A DNA stretch of 64,000 nucleotides, taken from Deltaproteobacteria bacterium. Its GTDB lineage: Bacteria > Myxococcota_A > UBA9042 > PHBI01. Under the pieces are notes generated by a model. It saw only the letters and a list, made by a program, of their open reading frames with translations. It ran no database searches and was not told where the DNA came from. This document shows positions 1 through 12,468 of this stretch, in pieces (position 1 is the stretch's first letter; every line of letters starts with the position of its first letter). The position numbers and the translations under genes are program-made. The stretch covers positions 15,328-79,327 of the forward strand of contig JACKFA010000010.1 in NCBI GenBank assembly GCA_020632715.1. The letters are read 5' to 3'.

Positions 1-2
1 TC

Positions 3-512
3 ATCGGCGGGATCCTCGAGATCATCAACGAGCTCTCGGAGCAGACGAACATCCTCGCCATCAACGCGACCATCGAGGCCGCGGGCGCCGGGGAGGCGGG
101 GCGGCGCTTCGGCGTCGTGGCCGACGAGATCCGGAAGCTCGCCGACCGCGTCGCGGGCTCGACGCGCGAGATCCGCGTGCTCGTCGACGACATCCGCGCC
201 GCGGTGAACACGACCGTGATGGTCAGCGAGGGCGGCGCCAAGGCGGTCGACGGCGGGGCGCAGCAGATGGGCAGCCTCGCGGCGAGCTTCTCGCGGATCC
301 TCGGCCTCGTCGGCACCACGACCGAGGCGTCGCGCGAGATCGAGCTCAGCACGAAGCAGCAGGCGACGGCGGTCGAGCAGGTGAAGGTCGCGGTCGCCAA
401 CGTGGCGCAGGCGACGCGGGAGACCGAGGCGAGCTCCTCGCAGACGCTCCAGACCGCGGGCCAGCTGACGTCCCTCTCGACGGAGCTCCGGCGGCTCATC
501 CAGCGAGGCTGA
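3..512 (+). CDS. Methyl-accepting chemotaxis protein, C-terminal fragment (5' end outside window)
   Basis: The frame is open from the window edge. The translation [50 protein letters not shown] is the conserved MCP signalling-hairpin tip. Stop at 510-512. Confidence 0.9.
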   Translation: MGGILEIINELSEQTNILAINATIEAAGAGEAGRRFGVVADEIRKLADRVAGSTREIRVLVDDIRAAVNTTVMVSEGGAKAVDGGAQQMGSLAASFSRILGLVGTTTEASREIELSTKQQATAVEQVKVAVANVAQATRETEASSSQTLQTAGQLTSLSTELRRLIQRG

Positions 513-523
513 CGACCACGACC

Positions 524-2638
<2,115 letters not shown>

Positions 2639-2642
<4 letters not shown>

Positions 2643-3712
2643 CGAACGGCCGACTCCGCGTCCTCGTCGCCGAGGACTCCGCGACCGTCCGCGCGCGCCT
2701 CGTGGAGGTGCTCCGCGCCGACGCCGGCATCGAGGTCGTCGGCGAGGCCCGCGACGGGCGCGAGGCCGTGGCCCTCTGCAGCGCGCTCCGCCCCGACGTC
2801 CTCACCGTCGACATGATGATGCCCATCATGACCGGGCTCGCCGCCACCGAGCACATCATGGCGTACTGCCCGACGCCCATCCTCGTCGTCTCGTCCTCGA
2901 TCAACCGCGCCGAGCTCTTCGAGACCTACGAGGCCCTCGCCGCGGGCGCCGTCGACGTGCTCGAGAAGCCGACCGGCGAGGAGCCCGTCGGCGAGTGGGA
3001 GACGCGCTTCCTCGCCGCTGTGCGGATGGTCGCGCGCATCAAGGTCATCACCCACCCGCGCGCCCGCCTCCGCGACGTCGGGGGACCGCCGCCGACCGCG
3101 CCTTTCCCGCGCCCCGGGGCGAGCCCGCGCGCCGCCATCGCCATCGGCGCCTCGACCGGCGGGCCGGGCGCCGTGCTCGAGGTCCTCCGCGGCCTCGGCC
3201 CCGACTTCCCGCTGCCCATCCTGCTCGTCATCCACATCGGCGCCCCCTTCGGCGCCGCCTTCGCCGACTGGCTCGACGGCCTCTCGCCGCTCCGCGTCCG
3301 CACCCCGGTCGAGGGCGAGGCCCTCCCGCCGCGCGGTCGCGGCGTGGTCTTCCTCGCCCCGCCCGAGCAGCACCTCGTGCTCCGCGGGGGCCGCCTCGGC
3401 CTCACCGACGCCCCGCCGCGCCACTCCTGCCGGCCGTCGGTCGACGTCCTCTTCGAGTCGGTGGCCGGCGAGCTCGGCGCGAGCGCGGTCGGCTGCCTCC
3501 TGACGGGCATGGGCAACGACGGCGCCGCCGGGCTCCTCGCGATGCGCGCGGCCGGCGCCACGACCATCGCGCAGGACGAGGCCACGAGCGCCGTCTACGG
3601 CATGCCGCGCGAGGCGGCGCGGATCGGCGCGGCCTCGCGGATCCTCGCCCTCGAGGCCATCCCCCCCGCGCTCGCGCGGCTCGCGGCGAGCTCGACGTCG
3701 GAGGTGGCCTGA
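2639..3712 (+). CDS. cheB: Chemotaxis response regulator protein-glutamate methylesterase CheB (REC plus CheB methylesterase)
   Basis: N-terminal REC (RVLVAEDSATVR...DVLTVDMMMPIMTG). The esterase motifs GASTGGP and LTGMGNDGA are present. Its ATG overlaps the cheA stop (ATGA at 2639). Confidence 0.9.
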
Positions 3713-5796
3713 TGGCGGTGCGCGTGCTGGTCGCCGACGACAGCCTCACGGTGCGCATGGCGCTCGTGGACACGCTCGCCGACGCGGGCTTCGAGGTCGT
3801 TGCCGCCGACAGCGTCGCCGCGGCGCGCGCGGCCATCGCGGGCGACGGCTTCGACCTGCTCCTCCTCGACGTGATCTTCCCCGACGGCGACGGCGTCGCG
3901 CTCCTCGAGGAGGTGCGCGCCGATCCGCGCCACCGGAAGACCCCGGTCATGCTGCTCTCCGGCGAGGACGACGTCAGCGACCGCGTCCGCGGCCTCTCGC
4001 GCGGCGCCGACGAGTACCTCGGGAAGCCGTTCGACCCGGCCGTCGTCGTAGCCCGCGCGCGGCAGCTCACGGGCGCCGTGTTCGCCTCGACGGCGCCCGA
4101 GGGCGCCCGCCGCGTGCTGCTCATCGACGACAGCCCCACCTGGCTCACGGCGCTCCGCGACGCCTTCGAGGCGGCCGGCTTCGCGCCCATCACCGCGCCC
4201 GACGGCGAGGCCGGGCTGCGCCTCGCCGCGGACCTGCGCCCCGAGGCCATCGTCGTCGACGGGCACCTCCCCGGCATCGACGGCGCCGAGGTGATCCGCC
4301 GCGTCCGCTTCGACGCCGCGCTCCGCCGCACGCCGTGCCTCCTCCTGACCGCCGCCGGCACGCGCGCCGACGAGCTCCGCGCCTTCGAGGCCGGCGCGGA
4401 CGCGTTCGTCAGCAAGGACAACGACGTCGACGTCGTGCTCGCCCGCGTGAACGCCCTCCTGCGCGCCCAGGGCGCCGGCGACGCCGCCGCGCCCGAGGCG
4501 ATCACGCCCAGCGCCCTCGCGCCGAAGCGCGTCCTCGCGGTCGACGACAGCCTCACCTACCGCGAGCTCGTGGGGCAGTGGCTGCGGGAGGACGGCTACG
4601 AGGTCGTCCTCGCCGCGTCGGGCGCGGAGGCCCTCGAGCTGCTCGCGGTGCAGCCCGTGGACTGCGTGCTCCTCGACGTCATGATGCCCGGGCTCAGCGG
4701 CCCCGAGACCTGCGCGGCCATCCGCGCGTCGCCCGCGCTGCGCGACATCCCGGTCATCATGCTCACCGGGCGCGAGGACCGCGCCTCGATGATCGAGGGC
4801 ATGAACGCAGGCGCCGACGACTACGTCGCGAAGTCCGCCGACAACGACGTCATCGCGGCGCGCCTGCGGGCGCAGATCCGGCGGAAGCAGTTCGAGGACG
4901 AGTCGCGCCTCATCCGCGAGCAGCTCCAGCGGAAGGAGCTCGAGGCCGCCGAGGCCCGCGCCGCGGTCGCCCTCGCCGACACGCGCGCGCGCCTCCTCGC
5001 CGACCTCGAGGTGACGAACGAGGAGCTCGCCGCCGCGAACGCGGAGCTCGCGCGCGCGAAGGAGCGCGCCGAGCGCGAGAGCCGCTTCAAGTCGCGCTTC
5101 CTCGCGAACATGTCGCACGAGCTGCGGACGCCGCTGAACGCCATCCTCGGCTTCGGCGAGCTGCTCGAGCTCGGCTCCGACGGCGCCCTCAACCCCACGC
5201 AGCAGGAGTACGTCGGCTACGTGCTCACGAGCGCGCGCCACCTGACGAGCCTCGTCCAGGACATCCTCGATCTCTCGAAGATCGAGGCCGGCAAGGTCGA
5301 CCTGAACCCCGTCACCGTCTCGCTCGCCGACGCCGTCAAGAACGTGCGCGGCGTGCTGCAGGGGCACATCTACAAGCAGGGCGTCCGCGTCGACGTCGAC
5401 GTCGCGCCGGACGCCGCCGCCGTCCACGCCGACCCCGTGCGCCTCCGGCAGGTGCTCTACAACCTGCTGTCGAACGCCATCAAGTTCACCGACCGGGGCG
5501 GCCGGGTCCGCCTCGAGACGCGCCGCGCCGGCGCCTTCGTCGCCATCTCGGTCGCGGACACCGGCATCGGCATCCGCCCCGAGGACCTGCCGCGCCTCTT
5601 CCAGGAGTTCGAGCGCATCAAGCCCGTCGACGGCCCCGAGCGCGAGGGCACAGGCCTCGGGCTCGCCCTCACGAAGCGCCTCGTCGAGCTCCACGGTGGC
5701 ACCATCACCGTCGCGAGCGAGCCGGGCGTCGGCACGACCTTCATCGCGCGCCTCCCAGCGGACGAGGCGTCCTTCCCGGAGTCCCCCCCGTCATGA
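3712..5796 (+). CDS. Hybrid sensor kinase: REC-REC-REC, coiled coil, HisKA, HATPase_c
   Basis: Three receiver-like blocks (VLVADDSLTVR, VLLIDDSPTW, VLAVDDSLTYR). H-box FLANMSHELRTPLNAILGF and G-box GTGLGLALTKRLVELHGG are present. The start overlaps the cheB stop (TGATG). Confidence 0.85.
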   Translation: MAVRVLVADDSLTVRMALVDTLADAGFEVVAADSVAAARAAIAGDGFDLLLLDVIFPDGDGVALLEEVRADPRHRKTPVMLLSGEDDVSDRVRGLSRGADEYLGKPFDPAVVVARARQLTGAVFASTAPEGARRVLLIDDSPTWLTALRDAFEAAGFAPITAPDGEAGLRLAADLRPEAIVVDGHLPGIDGAEVIRRVRFDAALRRTPCLLLTAAGTRADELRAFEAGADAFVSKDNDVDVVLARVNALLRAQGAGDAAAPEAITPSALAPKRVLAVDDSLTYRELVGQWLREDGYEVVLAASGAEALELLAVQPVDCVLLDVMMPGLSGPETCAAIRASPALRDIPVIMLTGREDRASMIEGMNAGADDYVAKSADNDVIAARLRAQIRRKQFEDESRLIREQLQRKELEAAEARAAVALADTRARLLADLEVTNEELAAANAELARAKERAERESRFKSRFLANMSHELRTPLNAILGFGELLELGSDGALNPTQQEYVGYVLTSARHLTSLVQDILDLSKIEAGKVDLNPVTVSLADAVKNVRGVLQGHIYKQGVRVDVDVAPDAAAVHADPVRLRQVLYNLLSNAIKFTDRGGRVRLETRRAGAFVAISVADTGIGIRPEDLPRLFQEFERIKPVDGPEREGTGLGLALTKRLVELHGGTITVASEPGVGTTFIARLPADEASFPESPPS

Positions 5797-8717
5797 GCCC
5801 ACTCTCCGTCCTGGTCGTCGAGGACAACGGCGCCACGCGCCGCGTCCTGCGCGACGCCCTCGCCAGCACCGGCCTCATCGTGCTCGAAGCGCGCGACGGC
5901 ACCTCCGCGCTCGACCTCTTCGAGAGCCACGCCGTCAACCTCGTCCTCGTCGACCTGCTCCTCCCCGACATGGACGGGTTCGAGCTCGCGAAGCGCCTGC
6001 GCGCCATGCCGAACGGCAACGGGATCCCCATCGTCGCGGTGAGCGGCCTCCTCTCGCCCGCCGACGAGCACCGCCTCGCCGAGGCCGGCTTCACGGACCT
6101 CCTCCTGAAGCCCATCGCGCCGTCGACGCTCCTCCCCGCGGTCGACTCCTTCCTCTCGCTGAGCCACGCGCGCCCGCAGGCGGCCGGCGAGGGGCGCCGC
6201 GTCCTCGTGGTCGACGACGACCAGATCCAGCTGCGCCTCGGCTCGCTCCGCCTGAGCGCGCTCGGCTACGAGGTCACGACGGCGTCGGACGGGCGCGCCG
6301 CGCTCGAGCTCGCCCGCCAGAGCCCGCCGGACGCGATCGTCAGCGACGTCCTCATGCCGGAGCTCGACGGCTTCGGGCTCTGCGTGGAGGTGCGCCGCGA
6401 TCCGGCGCTCGCCGACGTGCCCGTCGTGCTCGTCTCCTCCCACTACCTCGACGAGTCCGACCGCGCGCTCGGGCTCCGCGCCGGCGCCAACGCGTACGTC
6501 GCCCGCACGCCGACCCTCGACGCCGCGGTCGAGGCGCTCCACGAGGCGCTCACCGCGCAGGCGCCGCGGTCGGCCCCCGCCGCCGAGGGGATCGCCGAGG
6601 AGCACGCGGGGCGCGTCGTGCGGCAGCTCGAGAAGCAGGTGGCGCTCAACTCGCGCCTCGCGCACCGCGCGGCGCTCCAGGCGACCGAGCTCGCGCTCCT
6701 CGGCGCGATGTCGACCGCGCTCACGCGCGACCTCGACATCCGGGAGAGCCTCGACGAGGTGCTCGCGGCCTGCCTCGACGCGGGCGGGATCTCGCGCGGC
6801 GCGATGCTCCTGCGCGAGCCGGGCGGCGAGCTCGTCGTGCACGCGTACGGCGGCTTCGCGCCCAACGGCGGCGCCGCCCTCGCCGACTTCTTCGGCCACC
6901 CGCAGCTCCTGTCGGAGGCGCTCGACAGCGGTCAGCTCCTGAAGATCCCGGGCCCGCAGCTCCCGAGCGACGTCGCGCGCGAGATCCTCGCGCGGGCCAA
7001 CGCGCTCTCGCTCCTCATCGCCCCCATCGTGAGCGCCGACGAGCCGCTCGGGGCGCTGCTCTTCATCTCCAGCTCGCGCGACCTCACGCAGACGGACCGC
7101 TGCGCGTTCGCGCGGACCGTCGCCGGGCAGGTCGGGCAGGCCATCGCGCTCGCGCGGGCGTTCGGGCGGGTCGCCGCGAGCGAGGAGCGCTTCCGGAGCC
7201 TGGTCGCGGCGATGGAGGAGGTCGTGTTCGAGGTCGACCACGACGGCGTCGTCGTGGACGTGCACGGGGTCCGGCTCGAGCGAGAGGGGCTGGACCCGGG
7301 CCAGTACCGGGGGCGCCACCTGCTCGCCGCGCTCTCGCCCGCGGCGCGCGCCGCCCACGAGCCCGCCCTCGCCCGGGCGCTCGCCGGGGAGACCGTGGTC
7401 TTCGACTGGTCGACGGACCGCGTGAAGTCGGGGCTCCTCCACTTCCAGACCTCGCTCTCGCCGCGGCGCGGGCCCTCTGGCGACGTGGTCTCCGTCGTCG
7501 GCGTCGCGCGCGACGTGACGGACCTCCGCCGCGCGCAGGCCGCGGCGAGCGCGTCGGAGCGGATGGCGACGCTCGGCATGCTCGCGGCCGGCGTCGCGCA
7601 CGAGCTCAACAACCCGCTCACGTCGGTGATCTCGAACGTGGACTACGCGCGGCGCGAGCTCGCGCGGATCCGGCGCGCGACGCCGCCGCAGGAGCCCGAG
7701 GACCTGCCGCTCTTCCTCGCGATGCTCGGGACGGAGGTCGGCGAGCCCCTCGCCGACGCGGAGGCGGCCGCGGAGCGCGTGCGGACCATCGTCCGCGACA
7801 TGCGCGTCTTCTCGCGGGCCGACGAGGAGGCGACCGTGCCGGTGGACGTGCGGCGCGCCGTCGAGTCGTCGCTCCGCCTCGCGTGGAACGAGATCCGGCA
7901 CCGCGCGCGGCTCGTGAAGCAGTACGAGGCGGTGCCCCCGGTCGAGGCGACCGAGGGGCGGCTCGGGCAGGTGATCCTCAACATCCTCGTGAACGCCGCG
8001 CAGGCCCTCCCTGAGGGGCACGCCGAGCACAACGAGATCAGCGTGCGGACCCGCCTCCTCGGCGACGACGCCGTCGCGATCGACGTCATCGACACGGGGC
8101 CGGGCATCCCGCCAGCGACGCTCGAGCGGATCTTCGACCCGTTCTTCACGACGAAGCCGTCGGGCGTCGGGACGGGCCTCGGGCTCGTGATCTGCCAGCG
8201 CATCGTGACCACCTTCGGCGGGCGGATCCTCGTGGACAGCGAGGTCGGGCGCGGGACGACCTTCACGATCGTGCTGCCGATCGCCGAAGAGGAGCGCGCC
8301 GCGCCCGCCGCGGCGGCGTCGAAGGCTCCGGCGCCGGCGCCCGCCCCGCGCCGCGGCCGCATCCTCTGCATCGACGACGAGCCCACCATCTCGATGACGC
8401 TGAAGCGCCTCCTCCAGGGCGAGCACGACGTGACGACCTGCAGCGGCGGCGAGGAGGCGCTCGCGCTGATCGCCGCGGGGGAGCGCTACGACGTGGTCCT
8501 CTGCGACCTCATGATGCCGACCATGACCGGCATGGAGGTCCACACCGCCGTCGAGGCGTTCGATCCGGAGCTCGCGTCGCGCTTCGTCTTCCTGACCGGC
8601 GGCGCGTTCACCCAGGCCGGGCTCGAGTTCATGGCGCGGGTGCCCAATCTACGGCTCGAGAAGCCCTTCAATCATCAGGCGTTGCGGGTGGTCATCAACA
8701 ACATCCTGCAGCGCTGA
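5793..8717 (+). CDS. Hybrid sensor kinase: REC-REC-GAF-PAS-HisKA-HATPase_c-REC
   Basis: Receiver blocks VLVVEDNGATRR, VLVVDDDQIQL and ILCIDDEPTIS. H-box LAAGVAHELNNPL and G-box GVGTGLGLVICQRIV are present. The start overlaps the upstream stop (ATGA). Confidence 0.85.
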   Translation: MSPLSVLVVEDNGATRRVLRDALASTGLIVLEARDGTSALDLFESHAVNLVLVDLLLPDMDGFELAKRLRAMPNGNGIPIVAVSGLLSPADEHRLAEAGFTDLLLKPIAPSTLLPAVDSFLSLSHARPQAAGEGRRVLVVDDDQIQLRLGSLRLSALGYEVTTASDGRAALELARQSPPDAIVSDVLMPELDGFGLCVEVRRDPALADVPVVLVSSHYLDESDRALGLRAGANAYVARTPTLDAAVEALHEALTAQAPRSAPAAEGIAEEHAGRVVRQLEKQVALNSRLAHRAALQATELALLGAMSTALTRDLDIRESLDEVLAACLDAGGISRGAMLLREPGGELVVHAYGGFAPNGGAALADFFGHPQLLSEALDSGQLLKIPGPQLPSDVAREILARANALSLLIAPIVSADEPLGALLFISSSRDLTQTDRCAFARTVAGQVGQAIALARAFGRVAASEERFRSLVAAMEEVVFEVDHDGVVVDVHGVRLEREGLDPGQYRGRHLLAALSPAARAAHEPALARALAGETVVFDWSTDRVKSGLLHFQTSLSPRRGPSGDVVSVVGVARDVTDLRRAQAAASASERMATLGMLAAGVAHELNNPLTSVISNVDYARRELARIRRATPPQEPEDLPLFLAMLGTEVGEPLADAEAAAERVRTIVRDMRVFSRADEEATVPVDVRRAVESSLRLAWNEIRHRARLVKQYEAVPPVEATEGRLGQVILNILVNAAQALPEGHAEHNEISVRTRLLGDDAVAIDVIDTGPGIPPATLERIFDPFFTTKPSGVGTGLGLVICQRIVTTFGGRILVDSEVGRGTTFTIVLPIAEEERAAPAAAASKAPAPAPAPRRGRILCIDDEPTISMTLKRLLQGEHDVTTCSGGEEALALIAAGERYDVVLCDLMMPTMTGMEVHTAVEAFDPELASRFVFLTGGAFTQAGLEFMARVPNLRLEKPFNHQALRVVINNILQR

Positions 8718-8830
8718 GCGCTCGCCACACGAGAATTTGGCTCCAGAGGGGACAAATTTGGCACCTGTTGCTTGACCCGGCCACGGCGGTCTGGTTCCCT
8801 GGGATCGCACCACGTGACCTGGAGGCCCGG

Positions 8831-10198
8831 ATGCGTGCCTGGATCTTCGTTCTCCCGACCCTGCTCCTCACCGCGCTCGCGGCCTGCGACGCGGCCGGCC
8901 CGACGCCCGGCGACACCGCGGCCGACCTCGGCGCCGACCTCCCTGCGGACCCGGCCCCCGCGGACGAGGCGCCGCTCCCCGTGATCGCGGCGACCCCCGT
9001 CTTCACCGGGCGCGCCCCGATGGCTGGCGTCGACGCGCCACCGCTCGCGAACGCCACCTGCGAGGAGGCCGTCCTCATCGGCGCCGGCGGGATCCAGGGC
9101 GTCCCGGTCACGGGCGGCACGCTCGGCGGCCCGTGCTCGTCGCCGACGTACGCGTCGCGCTGGTACCGCGTGGTCGTCCCGCCGCACCAGTCGGCGCGCG
9201 TCACCGCCACGGGCCCGGTCGCCGACGCGGGCGGCCTCTGGCTCCAGGTCGCGCCTTCGTGCAAGGCCTCGGCGGACGTGTGCAACGCGCAGGACGGCTG
9301 GACCTGGCTCGACAACGGTGTCGTCATCGCGAACCCGGGCGGGCGCTTCCTCGAGCGCCGCGTCGCGGTCGTGATGTACGACCCGCCGGCCGGGGCGACG
9401 ACCTACGACGTCGCCGTGCGCTTCGACGACCTCGCGCCGAACGCCACCTGCGACGCGCCGACGCCGCTCGCGGGGCCGCTCCACGGGGCGTCCTTCGCCG
9501 GCGCGGGGATCGTCGCCAGCAGCGGCTGCGGGCTCCGGCAGGCCCTCTGGTACCGCGTGACCATCCCGGCGTGGACGCGCCTCGAGCCGTCGATCACGAC
9601 CGAGTCCTGGGGCCTCAACGCCTTCTGGTTCGAGGACGCCTGCCCCGGGCCGGGCGCCGCGCCGGGGCTCCTCCCGCAGTCGGTCATGGCGAACGCGAGC
9701 GACGCGCCGAAGGAGGCGCTCCTCGCGGTCGGGACCTTCTTCGGGGAGCAGGACGCGTTCGATCTCGACTTCGAGTCGAGCGCCATCGACCCCGGCGCGA
9801 CCTGCGCGAACGCCGCGCGCCTCGGCGTCGGGGACGCGGTCGTCGCGAAGGTCGACGGGGGCCCACCTGGCCCCGCGGTGTGCTGGTGCTCCTCGCCGGA
9901 CCGCGTCGCCTTCGTGGACGTGGACGTGCCGGCCGGGACGACGGTTGACGTGCGCGGCGTGATCGCCAACGACGACGGGAACGCGCAGCTCCAGATCGTC
10001 GAGCTCGCGTCCGCCTGCGCCGACGAGTGCGGCACGAACGCGGCCTTCGGCGGCAGCACGTTCCCTGCCACGCTTCGGCTCGACAACGCGGGCGAGACGC
10101 GCGAAACGCACCACCTCATCGTGTTGAGCCAGGCCGGCTGGGACGCCGAGGATCCGGCCGCCCCGCCCGTCCGTGTCGAGGTCGTGGAAGCCAATTGA
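8831..10198 (+). CDS. Hypothetical lipoprotein with three internal repeats resembling pre-peptidase C-terminal (PPC)-like domains
   Basis: Signal/lipobox MRAWIFVLPTLLLTALAAC. Thrice-repeated pattern (A/N)ATC..A..L ... WYRV. GC3-rich codon usage. Start chosen at the internal ATG of ORF 8768..10198. Confidence 0.65.
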   Translation: MRAWIFVLPTLLLTALAACDAAGPTPGDTAADLGADLPADPAPADEAPLPVIAATPVFTGRAPMAGVDAPPLANATCEEAVLIGAGGIQGVPVTGGTLGGPCSSPTYASRWYRVVVPPHQSARVTATGPVADAGGLWLQVAPSCKASADVCNAQDGWTWLDNGVVIANPGGRFLERRVAVVMYDPPAGATTYDVAVRFDDLAPNATCDAPTPLAGPLHGASFAGAGIVASSGCGLRQALWYRVTIPAWTRLEPSITTESWGLNAFWFEDACPGPGAAPGLLPQSVMANASDAPKEALLAVGTFFGEQDAFDLDFESSAIDPGATCANAARLGVGDAVVAKVDGGPPGPAVCWCSSPDRVAFVDVDVPAGTTVDVRGVIANDDGNAQLQIVELASACADECGTNAAFGGSTFPATLRLDNAGETRETHHLIVLSQAGWDAEDPAAPPVRVEVVEAN

Positions 10199-11025
10199 CC
10201 GATCGCGAAGCCCAGGACATCGACCAGCGCGAGCTCGAGCGCCGCCTCGTGCACGCGCTGGCGCGCCTCGTGACCCGCTTCTCGGGCGCGTTCGGCGTGC
10301 CGCTCGCCGACCTCGTCGACCTCGTCCAGGGCGCGCAGCTCCAGGTGCTCCGCGAGCGCGGCCTCACGCTCGCGGAGATCGGGCGCCGCATGAACGTGAG
10401 CGAGCGGCACACCAAGCGCCTCCTGAAGCAGCTCCGCGAGAGCTTCCTCGACACCGAGCGCGAGTACGATCTCCCCGTGCGCATCGAGTTCATGCTGTGG
10501 GCGCAGCCCGTGTCGCGCGCCCGGCTGAAGCAGGTCCTGCAGGACGAGCCGGCCGCCATCGACGCCGCCGTGGAGCGGCTCCTCGCGGACGGTCGCGTCG
10601 TCGAGGACACGTCGGGGCGGACGCCGCGCCTGCGCCCGACGACCGCGCGCCAGAGCCTCGTGCGCGACACCTGGATGATGCGGATCGGCGCCCTCAACAG
10701 CTTCCTCGGGAACCTCGGGGACGCCGTCTACGGGCGCTTCATCGACGGCACGCCCGACGCCTTCGCGCGCACGCTCAACTTCCTCGTGCGCCCGGAGGAC
10801 GTCCCCGCGCTCCAGCGCTTCTTCGACGAGCAGCTCGTGCCCTTCGCGACGGGCCTCGACGAGGCCGCGCACGAGCGCGCCGCCGGCGCGGACGCCGACG
10901 CGGACGCCGAGCGCCCCGCGGACGACGCGCGCTCCTACCGCATGTCGATCTGCTGGGCCCCCTACGAGTGGATGACGCGGGCGCTCGACCGCCCGCCCGA
11001 CGACCCCGAGGACGCCTCATCATGA
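10195..11025 (+). CDS. Putative HTH transcriptional regulator (family not recognised)
   Basis: HTH-like segment GLTLAEIGRRMNVSERHTKRLLKQLRE. The candidate TTG start overlaps the upstream stop (TTGA), and its stop overlaps the next ATG (ATGA). The start codon is uncertain. Confidence 0.55.
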   Translation: MTDREAQDIDQRELERRLVHALARLVTRFSGAFGVPLADLVDLVQGAQLQVLRERGLTLAEIGRRMNVSERHTKRLLKQLRESFLDTEREYDLPVRIEFMLWAQPVSRARLKQVLQDEPAAIDAAVERLLADGRVVEDTSGRTPRLRPTTARQSLVRDTWMMRIGALNSFLGNLGDAVYGRFIDGTPDAFARTLNFLVRPEDVPALQRFFDEQLVPFATGLDEAAHERAAGADADADAERPADDARSYRMSICWAPYEWMTRALDRPPDDPEDASS

Positions 11026-12326
11026 CGAAGCCTACGCCAGAGACCGCGCCCCGCGCGGCGCGAGCGGCCACCCGGGCGGCTGCGACCGTGCTCCTCGCCG
11101 CCGCCCTCGCCGGCGGCTGCCTCGACAGCGGCGGCAAGGGGACGGGGAGCGACCCCTGCGGCGCCGGCGACGCGTTCAGCGCGGAGGGCGTCGGCTACTG
11201 CATCTTCACGGCTGCCATCATCATCGAGGGCTTCGACTGCCCGGCCGCCGCCCCCTTCCGCTTCGAGGGCAGCGACGGGACGGTCGTCTGCAGCCCGAGC
11301 GAGGCGCCGCCGACGGGCGGCGTGGACGGGCTCATCGACGACTGGCGCGAGCAGACGGGGCAGCCGAAGCCGGACACGGTCGGCGGCGACACGCTCTCGC
11401 CGGGCGACACGGCGGGCGACACCGACACGACGCCGCCGGGGCCGCTCTCCGCGTGCGAGCAGGGGCTCGCCGACGCCGGCGTGGGCAGCGCCTTCACGGC
11501 GCCGGACCACAGCGGCTGCACGGTGGCGCGCGCGTGCGCCGAGGGCGCCGTCGGGGCGCTGCTCACCTGCGCGGACGGCGGCGTCTACTGCGACTGCGAG
11601 CACGGGGAGCTCCGCTGCGTGGCGCTCGCCGGCGGCAGCTGCCCCGCGCGCGGCGGCGGGACCGGGACGGCCTGCCTCCCGGCGCTCGGGGCGAGCGCGT
11701 GCGGCGGCGGCCTCTGGTGCGAGGACGGCGTGTGCGCGGCGCCACCGGCGCTCTGCGCGGGCGGCTGCTACCGCGCGGTGGACTGCGGGGCCGGGAGCGC
11801 GTGCGTCGGCGGCGAGGCCGGGACGGGCACCATCGGGGCCTGCCGCGCGGCGGTGGCGACCGGCGCGTGCTGGAGCGCGGCGGACTGCGCGAGCGGCTTC
11901 GCGTGCCAGGGGGCGACGAGCTGCGTCGGCTGCGAGGCGTGCCCCGGGGCGACGCCTGGGGCGTGCCAGGCGGGCGGCGGGACGACGCTCGGCGTGGTGG
12001 CGGGCGACGGCTTCGCGGTGGACGTGTGGTGGCAGGTGGGCGACGCGTACGCGGGGCTCCCGTGCCCGGCGTTCGCGCTCGAGGTGCGGGACGAGGCGAC
12101 GGGAGAGTGGGTGGCGGGGCCGAGCGACGCGACGTGCACGGCGGGTGCGGCGGCCTTCGGGCTCGACGTGCGCAGCGCCGGCGCGGTCACGCCGACCGAG
12201 GGCTTCGACTACGCCTGGGTCCGCGCGCGGGGGAGCTACTACACGGGCTGCTTCGGGGCGGTGCCCGAGAGCTGCACGGGCGAGCCGGTGGAGCTCGTGT
12301 CGGAGCCGGTGCTCGTCGCGCCCTGA
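11022..12326 (+). CDS. Cysteine-rich hypothetical lipoprotein
   Basis: Signal/lipobox AATVLLAAALAGGC. More than 30 Cys in Gly/Ala-rich spacing (CGAGSACVGG, CASGFACQGATSCVGCEAC). Read in the frame of ORF 10173..12326. Confidence 0.65.
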   Translation: MTKPTPETAPRAARAATRAAATVLLAAALAGGCLDSGGKGTGSDPCGAGDAFSAEGVGYCIFTAAIIIEGFDCPAAAPFRFEGSDGTVVCSPSEAPPTGGVDGLIDDWREQTGQPKPDTVGGDTLSPGDTAGDTDTTPPGPLSACEQGLADAGVGSAFTAPDHSGCTVARACAEGAVGALLTCADGGVYCDCEHGELRCVALAGGSCPARGGGTGTACLPALGASACGGGLWCEDGVCAAPPALCAGGCYRAVDCGAGSACVGGEAGTGTIGACRAAVATGACWSAADCASGFACQGATSCVGCEACPGATPGACQAGGGTTLGVVAGDGFAVDVWWQVGDAYAGLPCPAFALEVRDEATGEWVAGPSDATCTAGAAAFGLDVRSAGAVTPTEGFDYAWVRARGSYYTGCFGAVPESCTGEPVELVSEPVLVAP

Positions 12327-12468
12327 TCATGAGAAGTGATCGCGGCGGGGCGGCGGGCCTGGGGGACGCCGGCGCGGCGCGGCGCCGTCGGCGCGGGGAT
12401 TCCGGCCGTCGGTTTGGGCGCCCCCGGAGACGCGCGCATGCTCTGGTGAAATCCAGAGGGGGCTCGCC

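Noticed and set aside
8751-8777. TTTGGCACCTGTTGCTT, which looks like a sigma54 promoter upstream of the 8831 lipoprotein gene. There is also a direct repeat AATTTGGC x2.
   Set aside because: Only 8 nt separate the GG and GC dinucleotides, not the required 10. Sigma54 promoters do not tolerate this spacing change.
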